Shown here: positions 51,078 through 63,393 of the stretch, piece by piece
How positions within the stretch are numbered: the first letter of the stretch is position 1
Layout of the letters: each line of letters opens with the position of its first letter
DNA from: Gemmatimonas sp.
GTDB lineage: Bacteria > Gemmatimonadota > Gemmatimonadetes > Gemmatimonadales > Gemmatimonadaceae
DNA length: 64,000 nt
Assembly (NCBI GenBank): GCA_031414535.1
Contig: JANNVQ010000014.1
Coordinates: 1-64,000, forward strand
Reading direction: 5' to 3'
Program-made: the position numbers and the translations under genes
Notes under the pieces: generated by a model
Seen by the model: only the letters and a program-made list of their open reading frames with translations
What the model was told of the DNA's origin: nothing
Databases searched by the model: none

Positions 51078-52709
51078 GTGCACATCGCGGATATCCTGTC
51101 TGCCGGTCCCTACAACGTGGGCTTTGCCTCTGCGGTCGCGGTGGGGCTGGCGCTGGCCATCCGCGCCGGCCGGGCCCGCCACTTCCCACTCGCGGCGTGG
51201 TGCGCAGTGCTAGGTGCTGCACTCGCAGCTGGCATCGTCGGTTCCAAGCTGATCTTCCTCGACTTCCAGCCAATCGCGCCGGGGGAGAAGACCATTCTTG
51301 GTGCGCTCATCCTGGGCATCCTCACGGCGCTCGCGGCGGCGTCCACCTTCCGCATCGGCGCGTGGCGTGCGCTCGATGCCATGAGCGTGCCCACGCTCGC
51401 GGCGATGGCCGTGGGTCGGGTGGGGTGCTTCTTGGCCGGCTGCTGCGGCGGCACGCATAGTGATCTTCCTTGGGCGGTGCCGTCCCCGCGCCATGAAGGC
51501 TTGGTGCATCCGGTACAACTGTATGAGGCGGCGGGTGACCTGCTGCTAATTCTCGTGCTCAACCGACGCGGCAAGAATCTTCCCGAGGGAGAGCGCTTCC
51601 TTGGCGCTACACTCGGCTACATCGGCTTGCGCATCGCAATGGAGTTCATGCGAGATGGTCGCGCGCTATACGGCCCGTTGAACTTGGTGCAGTGGTCGTT
51701 GCTGGCGATTGGTACCGCGCTGACTGTGGTCGTGCTGCATCGCTCGTTCGGCATCCGGCCGGCCGCGCTCGTCGTCTCGACGAAGCGGAGTGAGATTTCC
51801 GCGCTTGGGGTGGCCGCGGGGATCGTTGTTGCCGTCTCGCTGGGCGGTTCGTGGTTTGTGCCGCTCGAGCAAGTGGTGATGCACGCACTCGCGCTTACGC
51901 TCGCGCTCGTGTGGACACTGAGTGCAGTGCCCCGCGCGGCCTGGAAGCTGGTGCCGCTGGCGCCCTTAGCCATGGCGCCAAGTTCGAGTGCGATGCTGGT
52001 CCTACAGGATCCTGCAGCCGTCGAAGAAACACGCTCGTCGATTGTGGTCTCCGGGAATCTGCGCAAAGGCAGATACCACCAGATTATCGGCGAGGAAATC
52101 GTTGGCGATTGCGAAGGAAACTACAGCGATCCCACCATCGCCACGAGGAACCAGTTCTCGACCGACATCCGTCTCGGCTACGAGCGCGCACGCGGCAATA
52201 GCAGCCGAGTGAAAGTGGAGGGTCGCTACTTGGGAGGAAATGACCGCTTGGACGTCGTGGAATCAGGACCCGTCAGCATGCCACCCCAGTCCCAAGTGTC
52301 CACCCGAGCGGCCGGCTTGGCCCTGATCTCGGAACGAACGCGCGGAATGTGGCGGATTGGTGCAATGCAAGGATCCCTCTCTAAGGAGGGCGTGGCGACG
52401 AATGCCGTCGTTCCATCTGCCGCGTTTCGCTTCCAGCTTTCGCCACGCGTCTTTCTGCACGGCGCAATCGCTCCGAAGGAATACTTCCCGTCCCTCGGCG
52501 AGTTCAGCTACGTCGGCGCCGGATACTCACGCGGCCTCGGCCGCACTCGATTTTCGGTCGGCGTCGGCGAAGGTGGCATCTTTGAGCTGATGGTGCCGGT
52601 GAAGAGCTCCGAAATAGAGATGACTTATAGTACGGTTTCCGCCTCCACCAATGCGAGAAGCGGCACTCTATTCACCCTTGGATACACGCAACGGATACGA
52701 CTCCGCTGA
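51078..52709 (+). CDS. Lgt-like diacylglyceryl transferase domain fused to a C-terminal beta-rich domain
   Basis: GRVGCFLAGCC, HPVQLYE, RIAMEFMR; extra ~230-aa amphipathic beta-strand region. Confidence 0.8.
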   Translation: MHIADILSAGPYNVGFASAVAVGLALAIRAGRARHFPLAAWCAVLGAALAAGIVGSKLIFLDFQPIAPGEKTILGALILGILTALAAASTFRIGAWRALDAMSVPTLAAMAVGRVGCFLAGCCGGTHSDLPWAVPSPRHEGLVHPVQLYEAAGDLLLILVLNRRGKNLPEGERFLGATLGYIGLRIAMEFMRDGRALYGPLNLVQWSLLAIGTALTVVVLHRSFGIRPAALVVSTKRSEISALGVAAGIVVAVSLGGSWFVPLEQVVMHALALTLALVWTLSAVPRAAWKLVPLAPLAMAPSSSAMLVLQDPAAVEETRSSIVVSGNLRKGRYHQIIGEEIVGDCEGNYSDPTIATRNQFSTDIRLGYERARGNSSRVKVEGRYLGGNDRLDVVESGPVSMPPQSQVSTRAAGLALISERTRGMWRIGAMQGSLSKEGVATNAVVPSAAFRFQLSPRVFLHGAIAPKEYFPSLGEFSYVGAGYSRGLGRTRFSVGVGEGGIFELMVPVKSSEIEMTYSTVSASTNARSGTLFTLGYTQRIRLR

Positions 52710-52731
52710 CCGGTTGCCCTGCGACACCGTG

Positions 52732-53316
52732 TCAGGGCGCCATCGTGCCCGTAATCATGATATGCGCCTTCGGAGTGCCCGGAAACATGATCCAGGGTCC
52801 GTGCGCCGTGGGCACCGCGCTGATGCCGATTGAGGCAGGTGTCGCGTTCGGCACGTAGACGACCGTGAGGGGCGCCGCGCCCGTCAGCGTGTTCGTCTGC
52901 GGATTGAAGTTTTCCTTGGGCGCCGACAGCGAATACAGCGTGCCCATCGCGGGCATGCGGAGGCGTCCGCTCGCGACTTCCGCGAAGCGTAGGGTATCAA
53001 CCTGCTGGGCGTCCACGCCCTGCTCGCGCAACTCACGGCCGCGGGCCATGAAGGGTTCGAGCGAGTCGGAGTAGCAGGCTACGTGGAAGTTGCCGCGCAC
53101 CACATAGAGCGCGAGGCAAGTCATGCCGTTGGTGCCGCGGCGGAGCACGACGAGCCTGTTGGCCTCGCGGTATCCCATCACGGTGGCATTGGCGCGGAGA
53201 TCGGCCGGCAACGGCAGCACGGCCGCCGCGATCTGCTGCGCCGCTGGAGGAATGCTCGGCTGTTGCGCTCCAAGCGAGATTGCGAGGAGCGGTAGGCCGA
53301 GAAGCGTACGAAGCAT
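52732..53316 (-). CDS. Exported hypothetical protein
   Basis: Signal peptide; GTNGMTC..VACY and PWIMFPGTPKAHIM. Confidence 0.75.
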   Translation of the reverse strand: MLRTLLGLPLLAISLGAQQPSIPPAAQQIAAAVLPLPADLRANATVMGYREANRLVVLRRGTNGMTCLALYVVRGNFHVACYSDSLEPFMARGRELREQGVDAQQVDTLRFAEVASGRLRMPAMGTLYSLSAPKENFNPQTNTLTGAAPLTVVYVPNATPASIGISAVPTAHGPWIMFPGTPKAHIMITGTMAP

Positions 53317-53354
53317 CGGAGGTCCGGAGTAGAAGTTGCGGCGCTTGGAATTCT

Positions 53355-53627
53355 TCAGCGCAGAAAGCGAGTGGCGAGCTGTTCGAGCCTATCATCGCTG
53401 TTCTTTTCGGCTTCGGCAAGTAACTCCTTCACGAAGGGCTTGAGCTTGGGTTCGCCCCAGTAGTAACCGGTGGCGCGCTCGGCGAGTTGAGTCTCCCCTA
53501 CGCGCGCCGCCTCAAGCAGCGCCCGCGCGGCCACACGGTCAAACTCGGGATCGTCGCGGTCGGGAAGTCCGTAGTTTCGGCGGGGCATTTCGCCTTCCGC
53601 GTCGTCGCGCAGGAATGCCATGGACAT
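53355..53627 (-). CDS. Hypothetical protein
   Basis: Coding-like 90-aa ORF in series with the upstream minus-strand genes. Confidence 0.7.
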   Translation of the reverse strand: MSMAFLRDDAEGEMPRRNYGLPDRDDPEFDRVAARALLEAARVGETQLAERATGYYWGEPKLKPFVKELLAEAEKNSDDRLEQLATRFLR

Positions 53628-53636
53628 GAGTGAAAC

Positions 53637-53996
53637 CTAGGCCAAATGGGTCGTGAGTCCAGACGCGTTCCACGCGATGATGGCATTCACCACCATCAGC
53701 ACGCCAGCGGGAAGTATTTCGCGCAATGAATCGCGCTGCCGAACGCGAGTGAGCAGACCCAGTAACATCAAAAGTGCCAGGCCGCCGGCACTGACAATGA
53801 GCAGGACCGGAATCCATTGCCCTACAACAAGACCGACGGCTCCAAGCACTTCAAGCGTCCCTACCAAGATACGCAAGTCCGCCATACCGAAGCGTTCGAA
53901 GTCATCGGCCATTCCATTCGCACAGAGGCAGGAGATGCCGTAGTAGAGGAATACGATAGCCGACAACGCGGTCAACACTTGGTATGCGAGGATCAC
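53637..53996 (-). CDS. DoxX-like membrane protein
   Basis: MADDFERFG..GTLEVLGAVGL; four hydrophobic segments. Confidence 0.8.
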   Translation of the reverse strand: MILAYQVLTALSAIVFLYYGISCLCANGMADDFERFGMADLRILVGTLEVLGAVGLVVGQWIPVLLIVSAGGLALLMLLGLLTRVRQRDSLREILPAGVLMVVNAIIAWNASGLTTHLA

Positions 53997-54017
53997 GCAA
54001 GACTAAGTGCCGAGCGG

Positions 54018-57000
54018 CTATTTCGGTGCCCGCGGCGCCACGTGAACATTGCGCAGGCCGCCCTCGTCTCGCAGCGGGATGTCCACGCCGTCAAGAAGCT
54101 CTCCGTCCACGCGTACCTGCGCCCCGCTGCTGGGAATGAGTCCGGGCCGATCTACGGTGATGCGGTATAGCGTCGCTCCAAAGCGATACTCAACAATCAT
54201 CTCCGGCCACGACTCGGGTACACAGGGTTCAATGCGCAGGGTGTTCCCGCGCTTGCGAAAGCCGATGAGCGACTCGAGGCCCACGCGGTATATCCAACTC
54301 GCCGAACCCGTGTACCAAGTCCAACCGCCACGTCCAAGCGCCCCGCTGGTGGTGTAGACATCGGCCGCCACCACATACGGCTCAACTCGGTAGGTCGCGA
54401 CCTTTTCCGGCGTGTCCGCGTGCGTCAGCGGGTTGAGCATCTGGAACCAACCAAAGGCTCGTGTTGCGTCACCTTGGACTGCCGCTGCGAGCACCGCCCA
54501 GAGCGCCGCGTGCGTATACTGCGCGCCGTTCTCTCGCACTCCTGGCACGTACCCCTTGATGTAACCCGGATCGTTGGGCATCGCATCGAAGGCCGGCGTC
54601 AGCAGCTTGATCAAGCCTGCATCAGCGTCCACCAAGTGTTCCTCAAGCGCGCGCATCGCCTGTGAGGCGCGCGCCTGTGGCGCCGCACCTGATATCACAG
54701 CCCAACTCTGCGCGATTGCATCAATCTTGCACTCAGCCTGAGTCGCTGAGCCGAGTGGTGTGCCGTCATCAAAGAAGGCACGACGATACCACTCACCGTC
54801 CCAGCCGTGGCGCTCCACGGCCTCGGCGTACGCGTCAGCAATCGCGCGAAACTCTCGTGCCGTAGCGTTGTCGCGGCGCGCGTCCGATTGCAGCGCGAAG
54901 GTACGTAAGGTCGTGATGAGGAACCAGGCTAGCCACACGCTTTCGCCGCGGCCGTCCTTTCCCACGCGGTTCATTCCGTCGTTCCAGTCGCCGATGCCAA
55001 TCAAGGGCAATCCGCGCTCGCCCTGTGTGCACGCGCGTCGCAGTGCGCGCAGGCAGTGCTCATAAACACTCGCCCGCTCGCTTGACGTTGCTGGTTGGTC
55101 GTAGATCTCGTGCTCATGTGGTTCGAGACTCCGCATCGTGAGGAATGCCACTTCCTCATCGAGCACGGACGCATCACCCGTGACCCGTACGTAGTGATCC
55201 ACCACGTACGGAAGCCACACTAGATCATCCGAAAAGCGCGTGCGCACACCGCGCCCCGAGGCCGGATGCCACCAGTGTTGCACGTCGCCCTCCACGAACT
55301 GCCGCGCGCTCGACCGCAGGATGTGCTCTCGAGCCAGCGCGGGCTCAGCGTAAACGAAGGCCATCACGTCTTGCAGCTGATCGCGGAACCCATACGCGCC
55401 GCCGCTTTGGTACACGGCTGAGCGTGCCCACATGCGGCAGGAAAGTGCCTGATACAGCGACCAGCGATTCACGATGGCGTCGAAGAGCGGCTCTGGCGTC
55501 GTCACCGTCACCACCGAGAGCCGACGCTCCCACGCGTCAACGGACTGCGCAAGCGCAGCAGCGGCCTGTGCGGGGTCCCGATAGCGATCAATCAGCGTGA
55601 GCGCCGCAGGCGCTGTGGACGCCGCGCCAAGTATCGCCGACACCGTGCGCGCCTCGCCGGCCGCAAGCTCGATAGTCACGCGTAGCGCGGCACAGGGGTC
55701 TACGCCAAGCCCGGTGCCCCCGCCAAGCTCGCTACGGCGCATGCCCGCTGGCACCCGCAGTGAGCCATTGCGCCCGATGAACTCTCGGCGTTCGCCCGTG
55801 TGCGAATCAATCGGCTCGCTGAGTGCCGCGAAGGCCAGCCACTCCGCGAACTCCGGGTCAAAGGGATTTGAGGCCACGATCGCGCTACGCGCTGCGTCAA
55901 AGCGTGTGTGCACTCGGTGCTGCGTCTGCTCGCGTAGCACGCCCAGCGTCCATTCTGTGTACGAGGTGAGGGTGAGGCGCCGCGGCCGCGTGCTGTGATT
56001 GGTAATCTCGAGGATGCCAAGCTTCACCGCGTCTTCTGGCGCCATGCCGACGCTCAAGTGCGTGGCCACGCCATCCCGCTCGTGACGGAAGATGGACCGC
56101 CCTGGCGCGTGCTCTACGTCGTAGGGCTCGACACCACGCACCGGTGCGGGAGTCACGCTCCAGAACTCACCGCTTTCTTCATCACGCAGATACAGCGCTT
56201 CACCCACCGGATCCGTGACGGGGTCATTGGACCAAGGCGTGAGCCGAAAGAAGTAGCTGCTGCCAGCCCACATGAACCCGCCGCCACTTTCAGTGACGAC
56301 GAAGCCACCGGCGGCATTCGCAATCACATTTGACCACGGCGCTGGTGGTACGTCAATGTCGCGCACCGCGATGCGATAGTTGCCCTCTGGTGTCAGTCCC
56401 CCGTGCCCGTTCCACGCGCGGAGCTTGAGTTGCGCATCGGTCGTCACTGCTGGTCCGGCGCGGCGGTGGCGTTCCGGCACGGGCAGGCGCGGATCACTTG
56501 GGCCCTCGAGCGCCTTCGCGAAGTCCAAAGCCATGCGCCGCAGCGTGCGGCCGTCGCATACTATAGAAAGGCGGGCTACGGCGGCGAGCGTGGCGACGTC
56601 GGCCGCACCGAGCGCACTTCGGTTGCGCACGTGCACTCCCACGGGGGCGTCGAGCACGGCAGATCCGCCCGCCGCGAGGATCAATTCCTTGATGCGCGAT
56701 TGCAGATTCTGTATGTATCCTTCCGCCTCGTCCACCACGACAACGAGGTCTACGGTAACGCCGCGCAGCTTCCAGTAGCGATGGGCGGTAAGCAGGTGCT
56801 GCAGCGAAGGGAGCCCCGCGGCCGTCGCCACGGTGGCTAGCACGACGGGCGAGTCGCCGGAGATTCCGTGTGTCCAGAGTGTCTGCTGCCAGCCATCGGC
56901 GCGCGTTGCAATCACACGCTCCTCGCGCATCACGCTGTCGGGAAACAGGATGTAGCCCACGAGATCTTGGCAGGCCGCCGCGTCGGTGGGCGAGATTCCT

Positions 57001-60000
57001 AACTCGCGCAACTCTACCTGCGTGGATGTCCACGCGAGGTCGAGGGCACGCTGCGCCGCGTGCGGCCCGTGATAGCGGTCTGCCAACTCGAACGCCCGCG
57101 CACGCGTTTTGGCGACGAGCGTCGTGAATGCCACCGATGCTGATTCGCCGGGGGCCAAACGTACTCGTGTACGAATGGCAAACACAGGGTCGAGTACCGC
57201 GCCGATGGTGCCGGAGAGTGGCGAAGTCGTCGCGAGGGCCTCGGGGTCGCGCGCCGAACGTCCGCGACTAATAAAACGGTCACGGTCTGTCTCGTACTCG
57301 ACGTCGCCCACGCGCGAACGGCCAGTATCGGCCACGTGCACCATCCAGAGTGGCGCCTCCGTTGCGCTGCGAGGGCGCCGCGTGGCCGTGATGGCGTGGC
57401 ACCACTCGTGCCACTCTGTCTCCACGAACAGCTTGCTGAACGCCGGATGCGCACGGTCCGTCGCGCGAGGCGCCATGACGATTTCACCGTAGCTCGTGAG
57501 CTCTACCTCGCGCGTGGTTCTGCCGTTGTTCGTCACGGTGACGCGGCGCACTTCAGCGGAATCTTCCGGCACCACCACAATTTCCATCCGCGTCTCGATC
57601 ACGCCATCGGTGCGAAGCATCGTCACACGGTCCGTAGCAAGCCACACGCGGTATGAATCGGCTGCACGGCTCGTCGGAGCGTGCCCCGCTGACCAATAGT
57701 TGCCACTGCTCATGTCGCGGACGTAAATGAATTGCCCCATGTTGTCTCTGGTGCCGTCGGCGAGCCAGCGCGTGATGCTGGTGTCTTCGAAGCGACTGTA
57801 GCCGCCGCCTGCGTGCGTCACCATCACGGTGAGCGGGGCATGGCCGAGCAGGGCGACGTGAGGCCGCTGCGTATCGGGGGTGTCGTACTCACGGACCACG
57901 GGCCCCGAAAGCGTGGCATCCAGCGCCATCTCATCATCAGAGCGCAGCGGCGGGTCCTGATACTCCAAGCGGCGAGGTACGCGCTCGTCGAGCAACAGCG
58001 ACGTGGCGCGCACCATTGGATCAGCGTGGAAGCGCTCCTGCCAAATACGCTCTGACAATGTGTTGGTCAGCGCCACCAGTGTCATCCCGACATGATGAGC
58101 CATATAGCAGCGGACCAGTGCGAAGGTACTTCCCACTGCGGGGCGCGTGTAGTCGAGCGCGTCGTAGAAGCCCAGTTCGCCGTAGGCGCCCAAGAGTTCG
58201 AGCGCGCGCAAGTTGGCGAGTGCGCCCTCCGGGTCTAGCATCGTCGCGAGGCCGGAAGCGTAGGGCGCAATCACGTGATCACGTCCAAGACCACGCTTCA
58301 GTGCGAGGTCAGGGACGCCGAATGCGCGGTACTGATAGGTGAGATGGCGATCACGCACGTTGTACGCGCTCTCGCTCACCCCCCAAGGCGAACCCCGCTC
58401 GGCGCCATAGCGTACCTGCCGCTCAAGGGAGATCTCGCAGGCATGACCGAGCAGGGTCTCGCGGAAGGTGCGCATCACGAGGATGGGCATCAGGTACTCG
58501 AACATCGAACCGCTCCACGACACGAGCGCCGGCTTGCCGTGCGCCCATGTCATCGTGCGCCCCAGATGGAACCAATGCTCGGGTGGCACTTCATCTTTGG
58601 CCACCGCAATGAAGCTGGCCAACCGTGCCTCCGACGCGAGGAGGTCGTACGAAGAGTCGTCCGCCCGGTGCGTAGAAGCGTTGTAGCCAATCACGAAGAG
58701 CTTGCGTTCGGCGTCGTACAGGAAGCGGAAGTCCATCTCCTGCACATACCCGTCCGCCGCAACAGCGAGGCGCGTCAGGCGCGACGCGAGTGCAGAGTCC
58801 CGCGCCGCGTACGTGTCGGCATACTCCAACACGGCTTGGCGGAGCGCAATCAGATGCCCCGCTAGATTCCCGCTATCCACCGTTGAGACGTAGGTGGGCT
58901 CTAACACACGTAGGTCCGGCAGCGCATACCAGTTCAGAAAGTGGCCGCGATGCCTCTCCAGCTTCTCGAGAGTTGTGAATGCGCGTTCGAGGCGATCAAC
59001 CATCACGCTTGCTTCAATGAAGCCAAGGTCGTGCGCACTCACGGTGGAGAGCAGCTGCAACCCGATGTTGGTAGGCGAGGTCCTGAGCGCCACAACCTGC
59101 GTTGGATCCTCCTGAACATTGTCTGGTGCCAGCCAGGCACTCTCCTCGTTCACGAAGCGCGCGAAGTACTCCCAATGCGCGCGTGCGTAGCGCCGCGCCA
59201 ATTCGCGCGACTCCTCAGACAGCGGTGCAATGAGCCGCGCGCGCGGCAAACTCGTCGCGTAGGCTACCAATGGTGCCGCTAGCCAGAGGCCCACCAGCGG
59301 TACCACCGGCATGAACGGAAGATGGCTCCAACTCCCAACAATGACTGCGGCGGTGGTCGCCGGCCACATCGCCAGCACCGTGCCCACGATCGATTGCGCA
59401 TTCGAACGCTCGGTGAGCGCGGCAGACTGCCACTCGAGCAGCATGCGTTTGGTGACGAACAGGCGCCAGAGCGTGCGAATGATGGCATCCGCCGAGATCC
59501 ACGCGTGATGCGGAAGAAACATCAGAGCGAGCACAATCTGCTTGGCGCTCGTGACCGCATCGCGCCACACGGCGCCGTAGTACGCGCGCAGGGACCGTTC
59601 GGTAGCGGGGGCAACCAGCGCGATGAGCAGGCCAATGACCCAAGGCGCTGCCACGGCCAGGATACCAAGGACGGTCCACTGCCAGAGTGCGCCCGGCAGC
59701 AGGGTCCAACCGGCGAGGATGAAGACGAACTGTGCCAGTTCAGTCGTGCTGCGTCGCAGGTTGTCGAGAATCTTCCCGCGCGCGAGCAGACTGAGGCGGT
59801 TGCGTTCGTCGCCTTGCGGCCCTGGGACCTGCCCCGTGAGCCAGCGCAGCAGTTGCCAGTCACCGCGAATCCAGCGGTGCTTGCGCCGCGCGTGTGGGAG
59901 ATAGCGTGAGGGATAGTCGTCGAAGACCGTGAGGTCGGTGACGAGTCCGGCGCGCGCGTAGTTTCCCTCGATGAGATCATGCGAGAGCAGTGTGTTCTCA

Positions 60001-62188
60001 GGGAAGCGCCCGTGGGTCGCGGTCTCGAAGGCGTCCACGTCGTAGATGCCTTTCCCTGTGAAGCTGCCCTCGCCGTACAAGTCCTGGTACACGTCCGACA
60101 CCGCTGCGGTGTACGGGTCTACGCCGGGGTGGCCGGAATGCACGCCCGAGAAGAGCGTGTGATGCGCGCTGGCCAGCGAGACACCCACGCGTGGCTGCAG
60201 AATCCCGTAGCCGTGCACCACAGATCCGCGTTTTTCGTCGTACACAGCTCGATTCAGTGGATGCGCGATGGCCCCCACAAGCGCCGCCGCGGTATCTGGC
60301 GGCAGCACGGTGTCGGCATCGAGCGTAATGACGTACTTGACGCTGGTGAGTAACGCGACCTTACCCTCAATGTGCGTGAATGCCTTGGCGGCTCCGCCGC
60401 GCAGGAAGCGATTGAATTCCGCGAGCTTTCCGCGCTTTCGCTCCCAACCCATCCACGCACCCTGCGCCGCATTCCAATGGCGGGCGCGATGAAAGAGATA
60501 AAAGGCATCATGCGTCGCTGGGGCGTGACGGGCGTTGAGCGCGCGGATACCCTGCACCGCTGCGGCGATAATCGCGTCATCGCTCGGCATCGTCGCGTTG
60601 GGCGCATCCGTGAAATCGCTGAGCACGGCGAAGTGGAGATGCGGCCCCTTGTTGGCGATGTACTGCACTTCAAGATTCGACAGCGCTTCGTGCACGGCTT
60701 CCACGGAAGGAAACAGCGTGGGAATCACGACGGCCGTGCGATAGACCGCCGGAACGCCGCTCACACTAAAATCGAGCTTGGGCAACACCCGAGGCGGGAG
60801 GAGCCACGTAATCAACTGGCTCATCACACTGACGGAGACGTCGAGCGCCGGAAGGAACGCGATTCCAAGCACCAGCATCCAGGTGGCGACGCTGAGCGGC
60901 TCCGCGGTGCTTGCCACCATGGCTACAGGCAGCATCGCTGCGACGCCGGCCAACGCAATGCCTCCCACATACACGAGATTCGGGTGGCGCAGCGTCCAGC
61001 GATGCACGGCCAAGGAAGTCGGTGCAGCATAGTGCACTGCGGCTTCCAGCTCAGCAACTCCGTGGTCCACGAGCCAAAAGCCCACGTGCGAGCGACGAGG
61101 GTCCGGCAAATGCTTCGCGGCGAGGCCAACGGCGACGCGAGCGACTTCCCGCTCATCAGCGTCCGCGTATTTGGCGATGCGCTCCACCGCGTGGCGGTAG
61201 CTATCGCGTGTGGCGAAGGTCATCCCGGCGTACTCGCCCTCTGGATCTTTGCGGAGGATGACCTCCACCGCGCTGAGGCTCTCCACGAAGTCTCGCCAGT
61301 CGAGTTGCGCGATGCGCCGCAGGCTGGTGATGCTGTTGGCCATCATGAGCGTGGTGAGAGCCAATCGTTCGGCAGCGCGAGTGCTGGCCTCAGTTGGCCC
61401 AATGCCCTCTTCGGCAAACCACCGCTCGAGACCTACCAACGGCGCGGTTGCCCCGGCGGTGGCGCGTAGTTGTTGGAGCAGCCGCGAAACGAAGGCGGGC
61501 TGGACCGATGGACGCGCCTCGACGACACTAGCGAGCGCGTCGCGCATCCCTGCCTCGGAGCCATCGGAGGTGCGCAGGATACGCTGAGCCCACTTGTCGG
61601 CCAGCTCGACTTCCTCTACCCGCTGCGCCGAGCGCAATGCCATGCGACGAACGCTTTCAATCAGGCCGAGCCGAAGCATCGAGGGAACGGCCCAGAGCTC
61701 ACCGAGGCTGAGTGGTGTCTTCTCTTGATACGCGGCCACGAAGAGTTCGACGTCCGCCGCGTCAATGCGGCCCTCTGTGTGCGAGATGAGCGTGATGGCG
61801 ATCTCGTACACACGCGGATACTCCGCCAAGGGCCCGTTCAGCACGAGGGCTAACTCACGGAAGTACGATTCCGGAAGACTCTCCTCGACATGACTCGCGT
61901 GCTCTCGCACCACGTGAAAGTTGTCCAAGAGCCAGTCGCCCGAAGGACCGACGTCTGTTCCGCGCGCGGCCGCGGCCGAGAGCTCCGCGTACACGTCGTC
62001 AAGGATGACGCGCGACTGTGCCAAGCGGATGAGCAGACGCGCAGGGCGCGGCCGTAGGCGTCTCTCGCGGACGATCTGCTGTTGGCCGCAAGCTGGCGCG
62101 CGCGTGCGCCCAGATGCTCAGCGCCGAGGAGCTCGCCTCGGATCGGGCCCGCATACACGTCTTCCACCGTTGGCGGCGGTCTGCTCAT
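54018..62188 (-). CDS. ndvB: Cyclic beta-1,2-glucan synthase/phosphorylase (Cgs/NdvB/ChvB) with an apparent frameshift near 62083
   Basis: WLLDN, WERKRGK, TLDAD, SHDLIEG, RWIRGDW, and GH94 motifs GFRDQLQD/GDWNDG/ENGAQYTH; the N-terminal PIRGELLGAEHL lies in another frame. Confidence 0.92.
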
Positions 62189-62376
62189 GTAAGCGCGGCG
62201 GATCCATCCAGGAAGTCGCAACACTGCCGTTCCCGATAAAGGAGATCACGCCTCGTAGCTGCGACACACGCGTGGTCTTCTAAGCATACCACAATGTCGC
62301 GCGCTGAGGTCGCTGAGATTGTGGGGGGTGAGGAACCGACAGCGCTTAGCGCAATGCGACGGCGGGCCTCGCTACA

Positions 62377-62655
62377 GGCCAAACCATCGAACGAGACATC
62401 CTTCTCACTGGCCGCTAGCCGATACGGATCAATCGCCACCACTCTGAATCCACTCGCGATCAGTCGCTCGGCGAGTGGCTCTAGGCGCGCCGTGCCTCCG
62501 AGCAGACCGCTCAGCAGGACGACTGTTGGGCCGGACCCGCGCACGACCACGGCGGGCGGCGTCACTGGCGCATGCATCGCATCGAGCCGCGACGCATCGC
62601 CAATCACTGGGCAAATCACACTCACGAGCAGCAGCAGGGCACGCGCAGCAGTCAT
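62377..62655 (-). pseudogene. 3'-truncated exported alpha/beta hydrolase
   Basis: Signal peptide, GSGPTVVLLSGLLGG, GFRVVAIDP; similarity ends before the nucleophile elbow. Confidence 0.6.
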
Positions 62656-62721
62656 TGCGGTGGGTGAGGTTTCCTGATGATGGGAGTCTCTCCACACCGC
62701 GCGGAGACAGGAGCCAGTTCG

Positions 62722-63355
62722 ATGACCCGTGTTAAGGACCACCAGCCGAATCGCCCAACTTGGTTCGATCTCGCGACCCGCGAGCCTGAGCACGCGCGTC
62801 AGTTCTACAAGACTGTACTCGGCTGGGAGTACGACGTCAGCGGCCCGGAGTTCGGCGGCTACGCCATGGCGAAGTGCGGCGATGACGTTGCCGCGGGCAT
62901 CGGTGCGCTCGCTCCCGGTCATCCGTCACCGCCCGCTTGGACGGTGTACTTCGGCGTCACGGATGCCGAAGCCACCTCGGCAAAGATCACTGCGAAGGGT
63001 GGCAAGGTATTCGTGCCAGCGATGGACATCGGTGCGTTTGGACGCATGGCCGTGTGTGAGGATCCGACGGGGGCCGTGTTCGGGCTCTGGCAGCCGAACG
63101 AGCACCGAGGCGCCGGTGTGCTGAATGAGCCAGGCGGCATGGCGTGGAGCGAGGTCAACACTCGGGACCCCAAGGCCGCCGCACTGGATGGCCTACTTTG
63201 CCGTGGCCGACGTGGACGCGGTGAAAGCCAAGGTGATTGCCGGCGGAGGCAGCGTTCCCTTCGGTCCATTCGACAGTCCATACGGCCGCATTATCGTGGT
63301 GATGGACCCACAGGGTGCCGCGGTGTCGCTCATTGAATTGTCGGAGACGACCTAG
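62722..63355 (+). pseudogene. Two-domain VOC/glyoxalase protein with a frameshifting internal deletion
   Basis: ..WSEVNTRDPKAA jumps frame to PPHWMAYFAVADVD..DPQGA at ~63175-63181. Confidence 0.8.
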
Positions 63356-63393
63356 GCGCTAACGGCAGGCGTGCGCCGCATTATTCTTCAAGC

